Shown here: one piece after another, positions 53,445 to 64,000 of the stretch
Layout of the letters: each line of letters opens with the position of its first letter
Position numbering within the stretch: the stretch's first letter is position 1
Source: Flaccisagitta enflata
Lineage: Eukaryota
Length of the DNA stretch: 64,000 bases
Direction: 5' to 3'
Assembly (NCBI GenBank): GCA_965153355.1
Contig: OZ231126.1
Location: forward strand, 34,224,001-34,288,000
Position numbers and translations under genes: made by a program
Notes under the pieces: model-generated
What the model saw: the letters and a program-made list of their open reading frames with translations, nothing else
What the model was told of the DNA's origin: nothing
The model's database searches: none

Positions 53445-55939
53445 CCGTCTGAGGAATAAGGATTTCTAGCTCAAAGGAAGAGGGGGTCAAAAGGGCGAGT
53501 CCGGTGGCACCTATCAAGTTGGGTCTTAAAATGTGCGTATTACCTAGGGGATCACTAATACAGGCTTGGTTGACCCAATTTCAGGTGGGGTGTTTGAATG
53601 CCACCAAAAAAACTGCCCAAAATGGTCAAAAATGGCCTTTTTTGGCCATTTTTGGCCTTAAAACCTATCTGAAACTTGGAGTAGAGCCATGAAATTTTGC
53701 ATGCACATGAAGTGGACACTAATTAAGTTGTATGCAAAAAAATTTGAAATTCTGACAATTTCAAGGTACCAAAATTTGAAAAAAAACGCTTTTTTCCGAG
53801 TATAGGTCAAGAAAAATGATGTCGTTACCCCTCTTAAAGTTGACCGATTTGAACCAAATTTTTACTGGAGGTACTTCACATCATGGACTACCTCTAAATA
53901 AAATTTCATTCAAATCGGAGCACTTTAAGTGCCAAAAAAAGTGTTTGAAAATCAAAAATTTGGAAAAAATGACTCCGAAAATCGTCTTTGAGCTGGTGGC
54001 ATTGCCATAATAGGACAGGGACATATGAACCATGGACCAAAATTTCTTAACATGACTGTTGGTGATGCCCAAAAAAAATTTCATGACCCTGAGAGCATTT
54101 TTTGGGTGTCAAATGATAACTCTTTGAAGACCGTTAGACCAAAAATCGCGGAAATTGCCGATTTTTGGCCTTTTCTCAATCTGTAACCTTAAAAAAAAGT
54201 TGAAATATGGTCCTGAAATTTTACCTGCATGTAATAGACCCTATTATGTTTTATGTAAAAAACATGGAATGTTAAAAAAAATTTTAGGTACCTAAATTAA
54301 AAAAAAATAAGTTTTTTTCAAGTATAGTTAAGAAAAAATAATGTTGTTTCCCCCTTTATGTTGACCGATTTGGAAAAAATTTTAATTGGAGGAACTTCAC
54401 ATCATGCACCACTGCCATGTAAAATTTCCTCCAAATCAGAGCACGTTAAGTACCAAAAATTGTGTTGGAAAATAAAATATTGGATAAAAATGACCCCGGA
54501 AATCGTCTTTGAGCTAAAGACATTTCTATGATATGGCAGGTATGTATAAACCATGGGCTAAAATTCCTTTTGGGAACTGTTGGTGATGCCCCCCAAAAAA
54601 TTCATGACCCTGAGAGCATTTTTTGGATGTCAAATAAGCATTTTTTTGAAGACCATTAGTCAATAAAACTTTTAAGATCTACATAGAATTCAATATACTA
54701 GAACAAAGAAAATAAGTTGTTTAGCAATTTTCGTGGTCAAATGGTCTTCAAAAAATTGTTATTTGACACCCAAAAAATGCTCTCAGGGTCATGAAATTTT
54801 TTTAGGGCATCACCAACAGTCATCTTAAGGAATTTTGGCCCATGGTTCATACGTCCCTGAAGGTATTATGACAATGCCACCAGCTCAAAGACAAATTTCA
54901 GAGTCATTTTTTTCCAATTTTGGATTTTCGAAAAGAATTTTTGGCACTTAAAGTGCTCCGATTTGGATGAAATTTTACATGGAGGTAGTCCATGATGTGA
55001 TGTACCTCCAGTAAAAATTTGGTCCAAATCGGTCATTTTAAAGAGGGGTTACAACATCATTTTTCTTTACTTATACTCGGAAAAAACCTGTTTTTTTCAA
55101 ATTTAGGTACCTAAAAATTTTCAGAATTTCAAAATTTTTTACATACAACTTAATTAGGGTCTACTGCATGTGCATGCAAAATTTCAAAACCATATTTCAA
55201 CTTTTTTCTAGGGTACAGGTTGAAAAAGGCCTAAAATTGGCAATTTCCATGATTTACGGTCTAACAGTCTTCAAAGAATTTTTATTTGACACCCAAAAAT
55301 GCTCTCAGGGTCATGAAATTTTTTTAGGGCATCACCAACAGTTCATCAAAAGGAATTTTGGCCCATGGTTCATACGTCCCTGAAGGTATTATGACAATGC
55401 CACCAGCTCAAAGACAATTTTCAGAGTCATTATTTTAATTTTGGATTTTCGAAAAGAATTTACACTTAAAGTGCTCCGATTTGGATGAAATTTTACATGG
55501 AGGTAGTCCATGATGTGATGTACCTCCAGTAAAAATTTGGTCCAAATCAGTCATTTTTTAGAGGGGTAACGACATCATTTTTCTTTACCTATACTCGGAA
55601 AAAACCTGTTTTTTTCAAATTTAGGTACCTAAAAATTTTCAGAATTTCAAATTTTTTTACATACAACTTCATTAGGGTCTACTACATATGCATGCAAAAT
55701 TTCATGGCTCTGCTTCAAGTTGAAGATAGGCTAAAGGGCCAAAAATGGCCAAAAATGACCATTTTTGGCCATTTTGGGCAGTTTTTTTGGTGGCATTCGA
55801 TCACCCCACCTGAAATTGGGTCAACCAAGCCTGGATTAGTATTCCCCTAGATAATGCGCACATTTTAAGACCCAACTTGATAGGTGCCACTGGATTCGCC
55901 ACTTTCATGAAGCTCTACCAACCAATGATCCTCTGACGG
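53445..55939. mobile_element. 2.5-kb foldback element with ~1.2-kb arms containing ~525-bp repeats; 4-bp TSD (TGTA)
   Basis: TGTA|CCGTCTGAGGA ... TCCTCTGACGG|TGTA; GTGGCACCTATCAAGTTGGGTCTTAAAATGTGCG inverted at ~55856-55892; spacer ~54660-54740. Confidence 0.95.
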
Positions 55940-57394
55940 TGTACGGATGTTTTTATCAAAACGATCTGTCTTTATCTACTTTCATGTGAATCGTACAATA
56001 CCAACAACTGTCGTTATGGTGAACCATCGCCTACCATTTCTTAATCACCAACGGCCAAGATTAATGGGCATTTGCATGACGTATTGCTACATTTTACCGT
56101 CGCATAAGTACACTTCCAGCGTTATGAAACACCGACAGTTTTCGTTTCGGCACCGACCGTCATCATTACTGTCTCAGCATCATCAGACATCAACATATCA
56201 CTCATTATTCTTGCAAAAGAGCAAAAATGATCTCGAAACAAAAGAGTGAAAACAAACAACCAAGCACAGACGCGGCGTCATAACTAAAGAATTCATTTTG
56301 TTTCCGGGCACGTTGAAAAAAAATATTAATGAGATTATATTCAATTTACTTTCTCATGTATACAAAACTCACAGGAAGCCGTAAACGAGGATGATAACGA
56401 TGATCGCGACGGATGATGATGTAAAAATGGGAAAATGATTTTTTCCTCTTCTTCTTCTTCTCTCTCTGTCATGAAGCTGATGGGGTTATCGACTAGATAA
56501 GCAGAAGGGCACAATGTGGGTTGCCTTGTTGCACGAAAAAAAGGGCAAAGGGTAGGAGAATAACGAACATGTATAAGTGGTGGATTAAAGAGGATTTCAA
56601 AGGGGAAAGAAAAAGACAAGAAAAAAAAACAACTTCGATACTAAGGGAGTATGGGAGGGATTAAGGAGGCTGAAGGCCGAGCGAGAGAAAGAGAAAGAGA
56701 GAAAGCAAAGAAATAAGATGCTGAGGCAAGTGAAAACTACGTGACATGAAGGGTAATGATCTCTGGACGAGGGGACTTGTCCATCTTAGATGAACCGCGA
56801 GAGAAAAGTCGAGTCAGGAAGGAAAAAAAGTGGAGAGAAGATGGAGGCAATGTATGAAGAAAAAAGACGTAAATAAAGTGTTAAGGGGTAAATGGAGAGA
56901 ACAGTGGTGCTAGGTAAATAAAAATCATGGCGTAAGAATCAAAAGGGATTCTATGGCGGGAGGGCGATATCATAGGGTGTGTTTTATGATCTATAAACTA
57001 TCGTTGGTCATGGCATGTGCGGTAGGATATACTAACTAATACTGATCTGATCATGGACTTGGAGTGCTACCAAGTGTCAATAAACGTCTCTGTCCATTGT
57101 ATGGCTTTTGATCAGGTTTGGAGGTGCGGAAACTCGCCTATAACGGACAAAGTTCTGGTTTGGTGGTGGCTTCCGGAGTAACTGTGTTGCAGTTGAACGG
57201 TTTTCGGGCTATACCATCCGGTGATCCGGTGATCCGGTTATCCGATGTTCCTTGAGAAACTGCGAATTGCTGTCATGAAATCGTGTAAAAGATGCAAAAT
57301 TCAATTTCGGTGGCGAAAGTTTTGTAAGCCTGAGATGTTTTTGCCTTTCACCCACCGCAATTTCCGTAGAGCCAAACATGCGGCAAAAGCGCAG

Positions 57395-57457
<63 letters not shown>

Positions 57458-58062
57458 CACGCGTGTATCCAAGATGATGGCGTCGGGAATATCCCCATGT
57501 CAAACCAACGTTACGCCATTTGTGCTTCGTTGAATATCACTGAAAAACCTAGATGTATGTGCCATGATGACGAAGATATTAATTCAGCCAAGTCATTCAC
57601 TGTCCACATCATTGACACGCACACATTTTTCTCCCTCACGGGTTCATAGAAATTACTCTTGATGCGTAATAATGATCTTTTATTCGTCACTAAGACAGTG
57701 CATTCGTAGCATACACCCACTTACCGTTTGGATACAAAACAATGATACTAACATAGCGAAATACCTTCATCGCATCATGGCCTTGGTCAAACTGAAAATA
57801 AAGTAAATAGATAACAAAACACAAACAAAAAACCAAAAAAAAACAAAAAACAAACCAATAGGAAAATCTGTCGTTATGAATAATTTGCCAGTAAATTGGA
57901 TTGTTGTTTGCGCAGACGCGTGGATGTGCGCGCTTCATTTCAGCCCATTTGCCACTTTTTTATATCTTTGCAACTCGCCAATGAAGGCTCCACTGACCAT
58001 AAAAGGGGCGGAGATGAGGAAAAAGATCTCCAACGCCACCGGCGCCTATTCGCCCCTCCTCA

Positions 58063-58170
<108 letters not shown>

Positions 58171-58551
58171 TTTTTTTTGATCTCTGGAGTTTTACCGGTT
58201 TTGAGCTTCATCCAACGGGTTTAAACTTGAGTTCGGGGGTCTGTCAGTTCGGTTGTCAGAGTCTGTCCGTCTTCCATCTTTTATCACAGTCTTTTGCAAG
58301 TTCGTGCCAGGAATTTGAGGAAGAGTTTGCCGGTCATATAAGCTCCATAGCGTATAAGATCAAAGACATTGACTTGGAAAGTGATAAGGAAAAGCTTGAT
58401 TGACAGTTCCATAATCGGAATTGTTTTATTCTTTTTTTTAGTTTATGCACTTTAGAGATGCTGTTTATCCATCTGCATAGCAATCTTCTATCATTAAGAC
58501 CGACTGAAGCTCCTTCCTGGTCGTTGATTTGTTATTGTGGTTATCAACATC

Positions 58552-58751
58552 AACAAGGCCGCATACACGGCTACCGAAGTCGCGTGCGGGTTGGCAGAGG
58601 CAGTAATAAAAAAGCTAACTCAAGCATTTGGGCGGGAGCGGTTATGCAAAAAAACGTCAGTAGATGTCGAAAAAGTTAATACCGACCAACGGACCTACTG
58701 ACCGACCGACATCGCGGGTTATGGAGTCGCGTGCATGCACGCGACTAAAAA
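58552..58751 (-). mobile_element. HINE-like element
   Basis: AACAAGGCCGCATACACGGCTACCGAAGTCGCGTG ... AGTCGCGTGCATGCACGCGACTAAAAA. Confidence 0.88.
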
Positions 58752-59137
58752 GCGAAATAGATACGTAAAAACGCAGGTATTGTTCGCATAGTCAATCCTG
58801 TCCACTTGTTTTTTCCCGCAAGGGCAAATCTTTAATTCAGGGACACTCGAGCTAAACCATATAAAACCAAACCCACACCTAGCCCTAAATCCTATCCCTA
58901 ATCCAAACCAGATCCCTAACCCTAAACCCCCCCCCCATCCCTAACCCTAACCCCACCCCTAACCGTAAAACATTACCCGCCCAAAAACACTTAGAAATAT
59001 AAGACACGGATTGAGATCGCTAACGAGACCAAAACGGGGTAACAACAATTTATCAAGGAAAACAAACCTTGTATAAGAGGTGACGGTTTTTGATTGACGC
59101 TCGTTTAATCAATAGACTCTCTCTCTCTCTCTCTTTC

Positions 59138-59242
<105 letters not shown>

Positions 59243-59243
59243 C

Positions 59244-59388
59244 TTTTTAGTCGTGGACACGCGACTCTATAACCCACTTTTCGGTCCGTCCGTCCGTCCG
59301 TCCATCCGTCCGTCACAAAGTTGTTTTTCGACTTTTTCCGCTCCTGCCCACCCGTCCGCGACTAATGCTGCCGTGTATACAGCCTTGA
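59244..59388 (+). mobile_element. HINE-like element, GTCCGCGACT subfamily
   Basis: TTTTTAGTCGTGGACACGCGACTCTA, (GTCC)n, GTCCGCGACT, GCCGTGTATACAGCCTTG. Confidence 0.85.
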
Positions 59389-59861
59389 TTTCTTTCAATT
59401 CGCACTAATGGCTGGAGATGTCTCTATGTACATCTCATCGGCGATATGATGCCATGATTATTAATTGATGACTGAATTTTTAAATTGGTGGAATTATGTG
59501 AGAATCACTACATCTAGATTTTAAACTTTATGCTTAATGTGTAACGTTGAGCTTAGAGGTCGCAGCTTGGTGCCGCCCGCATTTCACTAATCTTAGACGA
59601 AACCTTGCGCGTTGGTCTTAATGGCTTTGTTCCACTGACAATTCACGACTTTAAAGAACATCACGTCATATCGCACTGAATGTCCTTACTAAGGACATTA
59701 GCACCTACTAAGGACCTTAGCAGCTGTTGCAACGTGCTAAAGCAGCCATTCCATGTTTTTTATACTCTGATACGATGGATAGAAAAAGATAAAAACATAA
59801 CCATCATGAAAGCGGTGGAAATGATTTTAAAATGTCACTAAGGCACAATGCAACGGCTATA

Positions 59862-60010
59862 CAGTTGAGCTTCACAAGAGCGCATACCAAAGGACTGGGA
59901 AAAATCATGCCTTTTAGTGAAGCTGCTAATATAGGAATAACTACAAAATATCTGATGGAACTACAAGTTGTGTGCCTTATAAGTGGGCCTGCCTAAATAG
60001 CGGGTGCGGT
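59862..60010. mobile_element. Truncated relative of the 42465-43304 MITE
   Basis: TA|CAGTTGAGCTTCACAAGAGCGCA matches the reverse complement of that element's right TIR; TGCCTTAT and TAGCGGGTGCG motifs also shared. Confidence 0.6.
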
Positions 60011-60432
60011 CAGGCGGTGCTCCACTACATCCTGATTTCAGTCGATCTAATTTCAGTAAACCATAAGATAATCACTAGTGTATTCCTTTGTGCGTTATGA
60101 GCATTTGGTTCTAAATGTGATTTTCTTCCTCCATTTGTTTGTCTGTTCCTTCATCTAATCATCTCCCATTAGCGTCGTCATTGCCCATCAGCGTCGTCCC
60201 CGCAGTTTCATCATCGCATTCAAACTTGGTATATTATCGTCATCGTCTCGTTCGCGTGATATAAAGTTAGGTCCTTTAGTTGGAAGATGAGGGCAATGAT
60301 GGCGATAGCAGACCCGGTTCACCCAGGTTAATTGTTTGCCCTTTGAGCTCGAGTCTGACCACGGCTGACCTCACCAGCTGAGATAAGTGACTCTCCACGA
60401 GGCATAACTTCCTGTATAAACTCTTTTACTTT

Positions 60433-60535
<103 letters not shown>

Positions 60536-61258
60536 CATTTTCCAGCATAATATTCACACGGTCGCACACCCATCATCCCCCTACCAACAGTGTATAAGCT
60601 TTCTTATTCATTCTAATCTTTACAACATATACTTTCATTATGTAACTTTTCCTTCTTTCCTCTTTCCTGCGCCATAGACTGATCCAGACACGCGTTCTAA
60701 CGTGACATTTTGAGCTTATAGCGCCACAAAATTGTGCCCTTGTCGTCGATCTAAAATAAAGAACATCCCTATCAGTTCTGTCTTTCTCTGTCTGTCTCTG
60801 TTCGTCTAAATCAGTCTATGTTTGACTCGCTGTTTTGTCTGTATCTGTCTGTACGTCTCTGTCTATCTCTGTCTTTCTCTGTCTATTTTTTTCTCCCTTC
60901 TTATTCTGCCTTAATTCGTGGATCGATGAAGATGGCGCGTCTTTTCTATCATCCAAAAAGGATTTCTCACGCGCCATCCAATAATTCTCTTTCCTTCAAA
61001 AAAGGGAGAAAAAAAAGAAGTTTTCGCAAATGAATGATTCCACTTAATCTGGGCATAAATCATGCGTTCATCACTCGTCAGTTCCCACAAATTACCCTCT
61101 TTAGGCCGCCGACCGCGAAAGATCAAAGAGGCATCGTTTCGCATCTTTCTTGTTTTCTCGCGTCATCGCGTCTTTCGTGTCTTTAGTTTCTTTCTTGTCC
61201 ATCACTTCTTTCATTCGCGTCCTTTGCATATTATGGGTCATTATTATCAAAGTGTGTG

Positions 61259-62447
<1,189 letters not shown>

Positions 62448-63233
62448 GTCTTCTGCATCTGTGTATGTGTATGTGTACGTTAAAAAGGGCAAAAAAAAAA
62501 AACAAACAGACAAACAAACAAACAATAATAATAAATTTCTTTTTCCCTCTCCACATGTCCTCTTTCCCCTTCTCACCGACATCGGAAAATATCAGGTAAG
62601 TGTCATTTTGATATCGGCAGTTTGTGTTGAGTGTTGATTGTTGATTGTTGATTTTTTTTCCTGTCGTTCATTGTTGTCTATTGTTGTTTATTGTTGTCGT
62701 AAGTGGGATTAATTTCATTGCCTGGGATTTCCTCTGGATTTTGCTTGCAGAAATTTGCGTCAGAGTTAGTAAGTTTGGAGCTGTTCACAAAGTAGTTTGG
62801 AAAAAAGTCGAAGAGACGAAGTCCCTTCGGACTGGTGTCACGCTTAGCCGACCTTGGACGGGATGAAATTCATCAATTTTACATGTTTGAAAATTGAACA
62901 AAACCATACATCATCATGTAGCTTACCAATTTTTACATATGAATCCATTCTTGGATTTTCTTAAGTAAGCTCATTTTTCATGTAAATTAGGCTTAGATAG
63001 ATATTGTTGGATATTTTATTACTAGAAAATTTAGCAAAATACAATGAAGAAATCAATATGACAGTGAAATTCGTATTGATAACGTTCAAGCAAACATGTG
63101 TGATCATGTTTCTGAAATTTTTTTAAATTTTTTTAGTTTTTTAAAGAAATCTCTTTAAGTACCATTTCTGGCTAGGTGGGCTGTTGGTAGGGAAAAAATT
63201 TTTACCAAGCTCGGTTTCATGCCAGTGATGAGG

Positions 63234-64000
63234 CCGTCTGAGGATTAAGGTTTTGTAGGGCTTCATAAGAGTGGCGAATCCGGTGGCACCTATCATGTTG
63301 GGTCTTAAAATGTGCGTATTACCTAGGGGATCACTATTCCAGGCTTGGTTGACCCAATTTCAGGTGCGTGTTCCAATGCCACCAAAAAAACTGCCCAAAA
63401 TGGCCGAAAATGGCCTTTTTTGGCCATTTTTGGCCCTTATACCTATCTTAAACTTGGTGGAGAGCCATAAAATTTTGCATGCACATGTAGTAGACCCTAA
63501 TTAAGTTGTATGTAATGAATATTGAAATTTTGAAAATTTTAAGGTACCTAAATTTGAAAAAAACAGTTTTTTTCCAAGTATGGGTCAAGAAAAATGATAT
63601 CATTACCCCCCTTAATGTTGACCGATTTGGACCAAATTTTTATTGGAGGTACTTCACATCATGGACTACCTCCATGTAAAATTTCATCCAAATCGGAGCA
63701 CTTTAAGTGCCCTAAATTCTGTTCAAAAATCAAAAATTGGAAAAAAATGACTCCGAAAATTGTCTTTGAGCTGGTGGCATTGTCATATCAGGGCAGGGAT
63801 GTATGAACCATGGGCCAAAATTCCTTTAAGAGGCTGTTGGTGATGCCCAAAAAAAATTTCATGACCCTGGGAGCATTTTTTGGCTGTCAAATAACAGTTC
63901 TTTGAAGACCGTCAGACCAAAAATCGCGGAAATTGCCGATTTTAGGCCTTTTTTCAACCTGTAACCTGTAGAAAAGTTGAAATATGGTCCTGAAATTGCA
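63234..64000. mobile_element. Left arm of a second CCGTCTGAGG foldback element (runs off the window)
   Basis: CCGTCTGAGGATT ... GTGGCACCTATCATGTTGGGTCTTAAAATGTGCG, collinear with 53445-54220. Confidence 0.92.

Noticed and set aside
53504-54084. Short ORFs recurring at 63271-63806 (also 24602/25400)
   Set aside because: Recurrence reflects repeat copies of foldback arms; frames are not conserved and show no transposase motif.
58870-58965. CCCTAA-like interstitial telomeric repeat
   Set aside because: Short and highly degenerate; too weak to infer telomere origin.
62593-62601. Perfect splice donor CAG|GTAAGT
   Set aside because: A single 9-mer is plausible by chance in 64 kb on two strands; no supportable upstream exon.

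Overview
Repeat-rich, largely non-coding eukaryotic DNA, most likely intergenic or intronic sequence of an invertebrate animal. I cannot support any protein-coding gene, RNA gene or CRISPR array; the longer supplied ORFs are read-throughs of micro- and minisatellites. The window is dominated by non-autonomous DNA transposons. (1) About 24 copies of DINE-1/HINE-like (Helentron-associated) elements in several subfamilies. They share a T-run plus terminal hairpin, a GTCY microsatellite, a distal sub-terminal inverted repeat (subTIR) and a short stem-loop before TTGTT; the long copies carry interchangeable central satellite arrays. (2) Three families of 1.1-3.4 kb foldback elements starting with CCG/CGG and flanked by 4-bp target-site duplications (TSDs), two built from ~525-bp internal repeats. 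(3) TA-TSD Tc1/mariner-type MITEs, a hAT-like MITE and a Kolobok-like palindrome. (4) Many minisatellites and long microsatellites. The classes are nested reciprocally inside one another. HINE strands are given in the DINE-1 convention (5' end = TTTTAG..hairpin). Coordinates were read by eye and may be off by a few bases; superfamily calls rest on terminal structure only.
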